Source: an uncultured Clostridia bacterium | GTDB taxonomy: Bacteria; Acidobacteriota; Aminicenantia; JBFLYD01; JBBIMS01 | Direction: 5' to 3' | DNA length: 64,000 bases | NCBI GenBank assembly: GCA_964531645.1 | Contig: CAZHEF010000001.1 | Span: 12,484 to 76,483 of the forward strand | Shown here: positions 19,530 through 28,796 of the stretch, in pieces | How the letters are laid out: every line of letters begins with the position of its first letter | Position numbering within the stretch: position 1 is the stretch's first letter | Notes under the pieces: generated by a model | Seen by the model: only the letters and a program-made list of their open reading frames with translations | Told to the model about the DNA's origin: nothing | Databases searched by the model: none | Made by a program: the position numbers and the translations under genes

Positions 19530-20396
19530 TTAAACCTTTTCCATTAATGATTTTATGTACTCCTTTACTTTCTCGCTAATATCCTCTCTTTTGAAAGAAA
19601 ACTCAATGGTCGCTTTTATGAATCCAAATTTATCTCCTGCATCGTATCTCTTTCCTTCAAAAAGATAACCATATACTTTTTCTTCGGGTAAAAGGGCTCT
19701 GATGGCATCTGTAAGCTGAACCTCCCCCTTTGCTCCAGGAGGAGTTTTTTCAAGAATCTCAAATATTTTGGGGGTTAAAATATATCTACCAATAATTGCA
19801 AGCTCAGAAGGAGCATATGAAGGATCTGGTTTTTCTACCATATCCTCAATCTCAAAAAGCCTATCTGAAATCTGCTTTCCTTTTATAATTCCGTAGGATT
19901 TTGTTTCCTCAATGGGAACTTTCTCTAAAGCTAAAACTGTTGAACGAAACCTTTCAAATATGTTTATTAATTGCCTTATACATGGAATTTCTGAATCAAT
20001 GACATCATCCGCTAAAACAATCGCAAATGGTTCGTTATTCACTATTTCCTTCGCCATCAGAACAGCATGTCCCAAACCCATAGGGACTTTCTGGCGAACA
20101 TAAAATATTTTTATTAGATTTGAGATTCTTTGAACTTCTCTGAGCGCATCAAAATTCCCTTTTTCTTCAAGAAAAATTTCAAGCTCTCTGTTGTAGTCAA
20201 AATAATCCTCAATCGAGTTTTTACCTTTTGAAGTTATAATAATCACATTCTCAATTCCCGATTTTGCAACCTCTTCAATTCCATAATGAATTAATGGTTT
20301 GTCAATGAGGGGAAGCATCTCCTTTGGCTGAGCTTTTGTAGCTGGAAGAAATCTTGTCCCAAGTCCTGCAGCTGGAAAAACCGCCTTTTTTATCAT
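19530..20396 (-). CDS. galU: UTP--glucose-1-phosphate uridylyltransferase
   Basis: KAVFPAAGLGTRFLPATKAQPKEMLP, RQ..P.GLGHAV, VEKP, GEVQLTDAI, RYDAGDK.G. Confidence 0.96.
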   Translation of the reverse strand: MIKKAVFPAAGLGTRFLPATKAQPKEMLPLIDKPLIHYGIEEVAKSGIENVIIITSKGKNSIEDYFDYNRELEIFLEEKGNFDALREVQRISNLIKIFYVRQKVPMGLGHAVLMAKEIVNNEPFAIVLADDVIDSEIPCIRQLINIFERFRSTVLALEKVPIEETKSYGIIKGKQISDRLFEIEDMVEKPDPSYAPSELAIIGRYILTPKIFEILEKTPPGAKGEVQLTDAIRALLPEEKVYGYLFEGKRYDAGDKFGFIKATIEFSFKREDISEKVKEYIKSLMEKV

Positions 20397-20411
20397 AAGG
20401 GAATTATATCA
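20397..20411 (-). promoter_or_regulatory. extended -10 promoter, leaderless galU
   Basis: TGaTATAAT followed by 6 nt (tccctt) then ATG; no SD. Confidence 0.65.
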
Positions 20412-20514
20412 TAAAGGAGCTTTCATCTAAATAGGAAAACATTGAAACTTTCCGGATTTTGAAGTCTCTATATCACACAAAAACTACTTTTTTGTTTGTG
20501 ATTCTTAATGAAAG

Positions 20515-20710
20515 CCAACGGAAGAGCGAAAGCTCGAGGGAAAATAGTGCGATATCGTGAAAGAGCAGAAGCTCGGAAGTTCGGTAGCTATTAATTAAAA
20601 AATTCAGTTCTCATTTTAGAAACTTCCGCTCTTAAGTTCTCCCGTACTTTTATTCAGCTGTTAGCTGTAAGCTGAGAGCTATATTTGGACTTTGGTAATT
20701 GGAATTTGGT
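20515..20710. repeat. composite heptamer arrays of three motif families
   Basis: agagcag-aagctcg-gaagttc-ggtagct with inverse aacttcc-gctctta-agttctc-ccgtact; cagctgt-tagctgt-aagctga; atttgga-ctttggt-aatttgg-aatttgg. Confidence 0.65.
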
Positions 20711-21500
20711 TATTTTAAAGAAGCTTTGGTAAAAATGTGTTCAGGAATCTGGGTATTAAATTCTATTGAATCAATTATGAACTCTGTTCCTTCCCCTGAT
20801 TTGAGCATATCTTTGTAAGTTGCCATTTCAGGAATCCATCTATTCTGGACTTTTCTTAAACTTTTAACTTCCGTCATTTTTAACAAAGTCCCGCCCCGAG
20901 CGTAACGCTCTTCCTTCAAAATCACAAACTTTTCCTTGTCAACCCAGATCTTTCTTAAAGGGTACGCAACATTATCAGATTTAGCTTTTAACTGAAGCAC
21001 CCAGCAATTGGAGTCAAGAAATTTTTCCTCCCTTAAAATTTCAGCATTGTAGGAGTTTGAAAGTTTCGGATCCTCCATCATGTCCTCGTAAGATAAATCT
21101 GAACCCATTACAGATTGTCTCAGCATATGACCTGAAATAAGAATTGTCCTTTCTGTCCAGGGAGAATACATCCAGAGCTGTCTTCTAACTTCAACATTTT
21201 TGTTCCCTTTTCCCTCGGAGGGGAAAGAAATTCAGTAAAAGCTTTTTCAGTTCCCTGGATGAAAGATTTAAATTCCATTGTCCTTGATGTTCTACGCAAA
21301 TGTATGATCATTTTTGCTGTAATAATTTTATTTTCAGAAGTAATATTTTCATCAACTTTTTTCAGAATCCAATCTCCTGTGGGATTCTGAGATGCCAGAA
21401 CTTTTTCTGAAAGAATCGGATTGAATAAAATAATAAAAATAAGAAACCAGTAAAAAAGCCCTGAATTTCTTTCGAACATCTTTCTCCTGCTTCCATTCAT
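20710..21500 (-). pseudogene. LolA-like outer-membrane lipoprotein-sorting protein, 1-bp deletion
   Basis: EF.SP.REKGTKMLKLED|LWMYSP..ERTI.ISGHMLRQS.MGSDLSYED; frame break at gaagacagctctgg (about 21180). Confidence 0.85.
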
Positions 21501-22660
21501 GTCTCAAACTCCTTCATCAAAGTAGATTTTTTCCTTCTGAAAACACCAATTCCCGCTATAGCTGTCCCTAAAAATGTAGCAAGAAGTCCTGGAATAAAAC
21601 CAATTAAGAAGCTTAAAGGAGTTACCTCAGCTCTGATGACATTACCGAACATCAAGGTTGAACGCTTCATAAAATTCTCCACATTTAAGCCATGAACCTG
21701 AAGATAATAGGAAATTGCAATTCCAATACCTGTCCCTACTATGGAGCCCATAGCTCCTATTATTAGGGACTCTCCAATCAAAGAAAAATAAAGATGCCTT
21801 TTCTCCTCTCCCATAGCAAGTCTGACTCCTATCTCTCCATATCTTCTAAGGGAGCCCATTAAGCCAGCATTCCACAGGACAACTGACATTACTGCAAGAA
21901 AAACAGCAACAACAACGGAAGAGTAGGTTCTCAGCATGTTTATAAGTTCAGCAAGTCCTGACTGCTGTTTAAGGGTGAGCATAACTGGAAGGAAGTCTGG
22001 GTCATCTGATTTTGATATTTCAATTATATCAGCAATTACAGTTCCTTTGTCAATGGGAGTTATTCCGAATCGAACTATCCCCGAAACCATAAAATCTGCT
22101 ATAGCAAGGCTTCCTGTCATGGTGGAAGTTATTATTGTGGCTCTATTTCCTGGCTTTAAGGATAAAGTTTTTGCAAGTTCTGAAGTAACAAGAATCTCCT
22201 TTTCTCCATTCGGAATTTCTCCCATGAGCAAACCCTTTTCAAGATTCGTTATTGCATATTCTGGCGAACTTTTTGATGTTAAATCAATGGCAATTCCCGC
22301 TATTGGCCCCTGAGCTTTGGTCTCTCCCTTTTCATCGGGAATATCCAGAAGACCTGAAAAACGAATCCTGTGTGTCCAAAATAGCTCCGGATAATCATTT
22401 TTTAATTCTCGAAGAAGGGGGGAAACCCCGATATAGGCAAGGTCATTGGGAATTAAATCCGCTTCTTTCCAGTAGGCTCTTGTCATTATTTTTAAGTGTC
22501 CTGTGCTAAATCTTGCACTGGATTCTACAAATTCATTCTCCGCTCCTTTTATCCAGCAATAAAAGAAAACTGTTAGCATGACACCAGAGGAAACAACAAG
22601 GAAAGGAAAGAGGCTTTTGCTTCTGTCACGAATCACACCCTTAATAATGAATCTAATCAT
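21497..22660 (-). CDS. FtsX/MacB-type ABC permease (apparently with an in-frame internal deletion)
   Basis: N-terminal TM, periplasmic domain, RR..EIG.R.A.G, FtsX C-terminal TMs; periplasmic segment around ADIIEISKSDDP looks short (inference). Confidence 0.75.
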   Translation of the reverse strand: MIRFIIKGVIRDRSKSLFPFLVVSSGVMLTVFFYCWIKGAENEFVESSARFSTGHLKIMTRAYWKEADLIPNDLAYIGVSPLLRELKNDYPELFWTHRIRFSGLLDIPDEKGETKAQGPIAGIAIDLTSKSSPEYAITNLEKGLLMGEIPNGEKEILVTSELAKTLSLKPGNRATIITSTMTGSLAIADFMVSGIVRFGITPIDKGTVIADIIEISKSDDPDFLPVMLTLKQQSGLAELINMLRTYSSVVVAVFLAVMSVVLWNAGLMGSLRRYGEIGVRLAMGEEKRHLYFSLIGESLIIGAMGSIVGTGIGIAISYYLQVHGLNVENFMKRSTLMFGNVIRAEVTPLSFLIGFIPGLLATFLGTAIAGIGVFRRKKSTLMKEFET

Positions 22661-23848
22661 TGCATTCTACCTCTTAAAGCATCAGTGGGTTTAAGACGAG
22701 ATAGTTTCCGAACAGGTAAAAAGCTTACAACAGTAGTAATTACCATTATCAGGAGAGCAGTCCCGACTATAAGACCTCCACCGAAAACAGGCATTAGCCT
22801 CTCACCAAGGGCATAGCCATAACTGTCCATCGCTTTAGGCATAGTCCAACCAGCGCTGGCAAAGCGGGAAAGAATTGGATAGCCATAGATAAAGGCAAGA
22901 AGACCTGCAAGGACTGCATTTAAGGCCCCTTCAATAGTGAAAAGCAAAACAACCTGGGTGCGAGTTAATCCAAGAGCTACAAGAGTTCCTATCTCTTTTA
23001 TCCTTCTGAATATTGAGAGAACCTGGGTGTCAAAAAATGGCAAGCATAGCCATAAAAATAAGAACAAGATACAAAATTGAGGCACCAATTGTCTTTGAAA
23101 CTACAAGCTCATTCACATCTTTAAGAAGGAAATTCAAATCTTTAAATTTCCAATCAGAAATTTCAAATGCGGGTAGAGGAGTATCCTTTGGAATTGTTAT
23201 TACTGTTGCCTCTTCCTCCATTCTTGTTAAAGATTGAAGGATTTTTAATGGAATCCATATCTGACCTGAATCTACAGACTGAACACTTGAGCTAAAAACC
23301 TGAACTATCCTGAGAATCCGAGCATCAAAGACTCCTTGAGAGTCTCGCCATCGGAGGATTACTTTATCACCAGGTTTAAGTCTTGCCGTGTTAGCCATCC
23401 TGGTTCCTATGAAGGCAGGAATCTCATCGCTCCTATTTTGATCCCCGCCTAAAAGAAAATTTGAGGGAAGTTTTAGAATTTTTTGTTGGGGGTCAATCCC
23501 TTTAATCAAGACAGGAATGAATCTTCCCTGGGGATAAATAATTCCCTGAACAATTAATATACATGTTGCTTTACCTTCTGATACAAGTTTTTTCAAAGGA
23601 TCAGGTATCTTTGCGTGAGAATTCTCAATTGTAAGGGAGTCGTAGGGATCGTAAGCTTTGTGCCAATATTGTCCGCCACCATATTCCAGTTCAATGAGGG
23701 CTTGGGCTGCTTGCTCTCCCATCCCCCGATATATCCCCTGAGTCCAAATTATTGCAACGAATACTACCGATAGAACAATGACATTGAGCCATGTTCTTAG
23801 ACCTGCGCTTATGAGATTCCTAAAGGCAAGTTTTAACAAAATTTTCAT
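22657..23848 (-). pseudogene. FtsX/MacB-type ABC permease, +1 frameshift
   Basis: LAFRNL..AGLRT.L...MAMLAIF|DTQVLSIFRRIKEIGTLVALG...P..ALR; extra T in a T6 run (about 23031-23036). Confidence 0.85.
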
Positions 23849-24581
23849 CTTTCCTTAGAGGTAAAATTTGAACTAAACTGAGAGACAAATTCATCCTTCA
23901 CCACTTTTCCATCAAAAAGAGTTATCTTTCTTTTTAGATATTTGATCACCTTTTCATCATGGGTTGCAAAAATAAAGGTTGTTCCAAGTTCAAGGTTAAG
24001 TTGAACCATTATATCGAGAATATGGTAAGAATTCTCTGCATCGAGGTTTGCTGTTGGTTCATCTGCAAGAATAATTGATGGTCTTTTTACAATTGCCCTT
24101 GCTATTGTTACTCTCTGACACTGACCGCCAGAAAGCTCAGAGGGCTTTGACTTTGCACGATCAGCCAATCCAACCCATTCAAGGGCTTCCACAACCATTT
24201 TCTTTCTTTTGTTTGAAGGGACTTTAAGAAGTAACAATGGGAATTCAACATTTTCATAAACAGTGTAAACAGGAAAAAGATTGAAAGTCTGAAATACAAA
24301 TCCAATATGCTTTTTCCTTAGCTGGGCAGATTCTTCAGGCTTAAGTCTTTCAACATCTATGCCCATAACAATTGCTTTCCCTTGTGTGGGTAAATCAAGA
24401 GTTCCTATTATATTAAGTAAAGTTGTTTTACCCGAGCCACTCGGACCAACAAAACCTGTGAACTCTCCTTATTTTGAAATTAAGATTTACATTGTTCAAG
24501 GCAACAAGTTGATGAGCACCCATGGGATAGATTTTAACTAAATCAATAGTCTGGACTAAAAATGAATCGGAATTTTCCATT
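23845..24581 (-). pseudogene. LolD/MacB-type ABC ATPase, +1 frameshift before Walker A
   Basis: ATG 24581 MENSDSFLVQTIDLVKIYPMG..VALNNVNL|GEFTGFVGPSGSGKTTLLNIIG...LSGGQCQRV.IARA...ILADEPTANLD...ATHD. Confidence 0.88.
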
Positions 24582-24667
24582 TTATTTTTTTCTAACATTT
24601 CAAATTATAGAAAGAATCTGAGTTAAATGCAATTAGTTAGATAGTTGAATTAAATTTTGTCTTTCCG

Positions 24668-24696
24668 TTGACAATTTAAAGTGGTCTATTTATTAT
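24668..24696 (+). promoter_or_regulatory. sigma-70 promoter (leaderless)
   Basis: TTGACA-17 nt-TATTAT, 6 nt, ATG at 24703. Confidence 0.7.
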
Positions 24697-24702
24697 TAAA
24701 GT

Positions 24703-25218
24703 ATGCTGAATACTTAATAAAATAGAAACCTTTGAGGACATACTCAGAGCATTGAGGGAAAGACCGGAATGGCTTGAGGAGCTGAGGAGAATTATTCTCA
24801 CTGAGGAGCTAATATCCCTTCCCCAGAAGTTTGATACCTTCATCCAGAAAGATTTTAAGCCTTTAAAAGAAAAGGTGGAAAAGATAGAATCAGATACAGA
24901 GGTTCTGAAGCAGGATATAGCAGTTTTGAAGCAAGATGTGGCAATTCTGAAGCAGGATGTTGCTGACCTTAAGGGAGACAATTTTGAAAGGAATGTCAGA
25001 GAAAGGGCACCTTCTTATTTCGGAAGACTGATAAAAAGGTTGTAATTGTGGGAGAGGTCTCTATTAAAGCAGACAGAACTGATGTGGAGAAAGCTTATAG
25101 AAGGGCGGAGATAATGAGCATGGCGATGAGGACATCTTCCGTTGCTGTTGTTGTGGGGAAAGAGAACACATAAGGTGCAATAAAAAGAGCTGAAGAAATC
25201 GGGGTTGTACTTGTTTGA
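24703..25218 (+). pseudogene. coiled-coil / PD-(D/E)XK-like hypothetical protein, broken
   Basis: IETFEDILRALRERPEWLEELRRIILTEEL, heptad LKQD repeats, then shifted frame IVGEVSIKADRTDVEKAYRRAEI...VVVGKENT*(TAA 25171)GAIKRAEEIGVVLV*. Confidence 0.6.
24905..24967 (+). repeat. 21-bp tandem repeat x3 encoding LKQD(I/V)A(V/I/D) heptads
   Basis: ctgaagcaggatatagcagtt / ttgaagcaagatgtggcaatt / ctgaagcaggatgttgctgac. Confidence 0.85.
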
Positions 25219-25291
25219 AATATCCGAGAGCAGCTAACAGCAATCTATCTCAAGGGTAAAGGACAAGAAAAGGCTATTAATCTATTAAAAA

Positions 25292-25361
25292 TGTTCAAAT
25301 TTTTGAATATAAATTCAAATTTTCGAACATGTTCAATTTTTCGAATCCAAAATTTTGAACA
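25292..25361. promoter_or_regulatory. four tandem copies of palindrome TGTTCAAAATTTTGAACA (putative activator sites)
   Basis: tgttcaaatttttgaata, aattcaaattttcgaaca, tgttcaatttttcgaatc, ccaaaattttgaaca. Confidence 0.7.
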
Positions 25362-25499
25362 TTACAAGAGAGTCTATCTCCAAACCTCTTTCAGTAAAAG
25401 GAATATGCCCCTCGCTTTTCCCTTTTTCTGAAGCCATTCTATGACACAGCTCAAACTTAGTATTTAAGACTCTCCTCAGAGGGGAATATTTCAAAATTC

Positions 25500-25515
25500 T
25501 GGCATGAAATTTGAT
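25500..25515 (+). promoter_or_regulatory. sigma-54-type -24/-12 promoter candidate
   Basis: TGGCATGAAATTTGAT vs consensus TGGCACG-N4-TTGCW; spacing correct, -12 is GA not GC. Confidence 0.55.
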
Positions 25516-25555
25516 ATAAATTTTACAGCATGTTTATTATGGAAGGAGGTGATAG

Positions 25556-25633
25556 ATGATAGGAAACAAAAAAGTAAAGTATAGGCTCAGGAAGATGGGT
25601 TTTAAAAAACAAATTTTAAGGAGGTTTGAGTGA
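25556..25633 (+). CDS. 25-aa basic uORF coupled to the TonB receptor
   Basis: SD AAGGAGGTGA; MIGNKKVKYRLRKMGFKKQILRRFE*; stop overlaps receptor GTG (GTGA). Confidence 0.4.
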   Translation: MIGNKKVKYRLRKMGFKKQILRRFE

Positions 25634-28600
25634 GGTTTTTAAGAATCTTAATGATTCTTATTCTAAGTTTTGGTTTGGTCTCCATTCTCAGTGCCCAGAG
25701 ACAGACTGGTGCAATAAAGGGAACTGTGACTGACCCTGAGGGGAATCCCCTTCCAGGAGTCTCAATCACAGTATCGGGTCCATCCCTTATAGGAACTGTC
25801 TCCTATGTCACAACTGAGGATGGAGTATTCAGGGCTCCCACATTACCACCAGGAACTTACACAGTAACTGCAGAACTTACAGGATTCCAGACAATTAAAA
25901 GAGAACAGGTCGTAGTTTCTGTTAGTATGATAACAGAGATTAAAATTGAGATGAAACCAGCTCCAATTGCAGAGACAATTACAGTTACCGCTGCTTCCCC
26001 TGTTGTGGATGTGGAGTCCTCAAAGGTTGCAGTAACAGTATCTACAGAAGTTCTAAAGAACATTCCAATTGCAAGGGACCTTTACGACATTATTACAATC
26101 AATCCAGGAATTATTTCAGAAGGGGTTGCATACAGGAGAACATTCTCAGCCCACGGTTCAACAGTCCGTTCTAACACCTATGCCTTTGACGGCGTGAACA
26201 TGAATGACCCTGTTGTCATGTATCCTATGACCAACATAAACTATGATGTTATCCAGGAAACAGAGATTGTTCTCGGAGGTCATCCTGCAGAGATAGGTTA
26301 TACTGATGGAGCATATGTCAATGTTGTTACAAAATCAGGAGAGAACAACTTCTCAGGTTCAGCAACATTCTATTATTCTTCCAAGGATACAACAAAGGTC
26401 ATATTCCCTGATACACAGCTTAAGGCAATGGGTGTATCAGCACCAGAGTATGCGACTTCAGACCTTGATGCATCAGGCTCTGTTGGTGGTCCAATAATGA
26501 AGGATAAGATCTGGTTCTTCGCCAATGCAAGGTATCTTGCAAATACTTTCACTACACCCTTCAGACCAACAACAATCCTCGGAAAATATTACGGTCCCTT
26601 TGACCTTGACCACACAGAAGTCATGAGCTTTGTAAAACTTACAACCCAGATAACACCATCCATTAGGTTCATGGGTCTTTTCAACTTTACAGATATATAT
26701 GAGCCATACTTCAGGCTGGATAAGGGATGGAATGTAACTTCAGAAGCAATGAGAATTTGGGACCATGAAAAAGGATATACTGGAAATGGTGTTCTAACAT
26801 GGCTTTTAGACCCAAATACATTCCTTGACATTCGTGCTGCATATGTCTATAGATGGTTCCCACTTCCAATGCAACCAGGAGAGCCTCAGAATAACTACTA
26901 CTTCTATGATGGTTACACAGCCTATCGCTGGGGTAATGCTCGATTCAATGAGACATATCTAAGGAAGAGACTCCATACATCAGCATCTATAACAAGATTC
27001 CAGGACAATCTTTTTGGACTTGGTGACAACCACGAGATTAAAGCGGGTGCTGACTTTGAGCAGGCTTACGGTGACTGGAACTGGTGGAGAAATAATCCTG
27101 TAATCTGGTATTACTGGAATGGAGATCCGTATTATTATGTTGGTCAACTTGGTGCTCCCCATTCAACAAGAGGTCATGGCGTGATATTTCCTTACATCTG
27201 TGAAACAGAGGCTGACAAAGGTGACAAACCTTCTATCCAGGATTCCGCAAACAGAATAGGTGGATACATTCAGGATTCAATTACAATTAAGGACAGACTT
27301 ACAATAAATGCAGGTGTGAGATTTGATTACTCCTATGGCTATAAACCCGCTTCAAAGAAAGGTCGTTCAGACAACTTTGCCTATGTCCTTGGTGAGACTT
27401 ATCTAAAGCCAACTTACGGAATTAACCCATACGGTGAAATCTCAAACCCTGAATGGAAAGACATTATAAAATGGACATCAATATCTCCAAGAATCGGAAT
27501 TACCTATGATGTTTTTGGAAATGGAAAAACAGCCCTTAAAGCATCCTTTGCAAGATACACCGAGTATCTAATGCTCCAGTACTTCTCTGTTCTCCATCCT
27601 CTATATCCAAGATCATTCTCCTTTGGATGGTGGGATTTAAACGGAAATAAGAAACTTGACCTTCCACCAACAGACAGGTATGTTCATTACGGAACAACTC
27701 CTGAGGTCATGAAATTTGAATACAGCAAAAACAAGCTTGATCCCAATACAAAATCTCCATACACCGATGAGTTAATAGTTGGTATACAGCATGAGATAAT
27801 GAGGGACTTCTCGGTTGGAGTCAATTATGTTTACAAATACAAGACAAACATTCTCGAGGATGTTGCCTATGACCTTGCAACAGGAAGGAACTGGTATACC
27901 TATGACTTAGCTTCTGATTGGTGGGTTCCTTTCAAGACAATAGTTCCTGCCTATGATATATTCCCTGCTCAGGAAGTCACTGTTTACTTCCCCACTAAAA
28001 CCGCTCCCAGCACATTCTGGTATAGATTCACAAATGTTCCTGAATCAGAGAGAAAGTATCAAGCTCTTGAGTTTATATTCAACAAGCGTATGTCTCAGGG
28101 ATGGCAGTTGGGTGGTTCTGTAACATTCTCCAAATTTGAAGGTAACATTGGCGGTAATTATGACTCCTCTTGGGGGTGGTCAGGTGCCTTTGATACCCCT
28201 AACTGGTTTGTAAACAGATACGGAAGACTTGATTTCGATAGACCTCTTGTTATAAAACTCTACGGAACAATCACTCTTCCCTATAAAATTTATCTCTCTG
28301 GAGTTTTCAACCACTATGATGGTAGTCCATGGGGTAGGACAGTTACAATCTTTCCTCCATCTGCATGGGCAACAGCAAAAAATGTCAACACAACCCTTGT
28401 GGCTTCAGTGGGTGCTTATGTTGAAAAGCCGGGAACAAGAAGAGGACAGGGAATTGATACTCTTGATTTGAGGGTTGAGAAGGAGTTTGACCTTGGAAAA
28501 TACGGTAGAATTGGTGCATATGTTGATGCTTTTAACATTATGGGATTCAACAGAGTCTTCATAACTCAGGATGTAGGAGGAACCTGGAGACCTGTAGCAG

Positions 28601-28704
28601 AGGGAACAGATGTTGGAACCTTTAGTCCTTCTGGAACATACAAGCAGATAACAGGTGTTGAAGGGACAAGGCTCTTCAAGTTCTCACTAAGATACAGCTT
28701 CTAA
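25630..28704 (+). CDS. TonB-dependent receptor with N-terminal carboxypeptidase-regulatory-like domain
   Basis: Signal peptide, G.I.GTV.D..G..LPGV, E.ITVTA..PVVD, N.Y..DGV, VNVVTKSG.N.FSG, SPRIG..YD.FG.GKT..K, C-terminal LRYSF. Confidence 0.93.
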   Translation: MRFLRILMILILSFGLVSILSAQRQTGAIKGTVTDPEGNPLPGVSITVSGPSLIGTVSYVTTEDGVFRAPTLPPGTYTVTAELTGFQTIKREQVVVSVSMITEIKIEMKPAPIAETITVTAASPVVDVESSKVAVTVSTEVLKNIPIARDLYDIITINPGIISEGVAYRRTFSAHGSTVRSNTYAFDGVNMNDPVVMYPMTNINYDVIQETEIVLGGHPAEIGYTDGAYVNVVTKSGENNFSGSATFYYSSKDTTKVIFPDTQLKAMGVSAPEYATSDLDASGSVGGPIMKDKIWFFANARYLANTFTTPFRPTTILGKYYGPFDLDHTEVMSFVKLTTQITPSIRFMGLFNFTDIYEPYFRLDKGWNVTSEAMRIWDHEKGYTGNGVLTWLLDPNTFLDIRAAYVYRWFPLPMQPGEPQNNYYFYDGYTAYRWGNARFNETYLRKRLHTSASITRFQDNLFGLGDNHEIKAGADFEQAYGDWNWWRNNPVIWYYWNGDPYYYVGQLGAPHSTRGHGVIFPYICETEADKGDKPSIQDSANRIGGYIQDSITIKDRLTINAGVRFDYSYGYKPASKKGRSDNFAYVLGETYLKPTYGINPYGEISNPEWKDIIKWTSISPRIGITYDVFGNGKTALKASFARYTEYLMLQYFSVLHPLYPRSFSFGWWDLNGNKKLDLPPTDRYVHYGTTPEVMKFEYSKNKLDPNTKSPYTDELIVGIQHEIMRDFSVGVNYVYKYKTNILEDVAYDLATGRNWYTYDLASDWWVPFKTIVPAYDIFPAQEVTVYFPTKTAPSTFWYRFTNVPESERKYQALEFIFNKRMSQGWQLGGSVTFSKFEGNIGGNYDSSWGWSGAFDTPNWFVNRYGRLDFDRPLVIKLYGTITLPYKIYLSGVFNHYDGSPWGRTVTIFPPSAWATAKNVNTTLVASVGAYVEKPGTRRGQGIDTLDLRVEKEFDLGKYGRIGAYVDAFNIMGFNRVFITQDVGGTWRPVAEGTDVGTFSPSGTYKQITGVEGTRLFKFSLRYSF

Positions 28705-28724
28705 GCTCAAGGAGGATAAATGTG

Positions 28725-28759
28725 AAAGGGGGGGGGGGTTTTTCCCCCCCCCCTTTTTT
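28725..28759 (+). terminator. intrinsic terminator with homopolymeric stem
   Basis: aaa-G11-T5-C10-T6 directly after the receptor gene. Confidence 0.85.
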
Positions 28760-28796
28760 ATTTTAGATTTGTTGTGTATTTTACAAAAATTCTATT

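Noticed and set aside
20443-20470. ECF-like promoter TGAAAC...GTCTCTA on the + strand
   Set aside because: Spacing is 1-2 nt short of known ECF consensus and no + strand gene follows.
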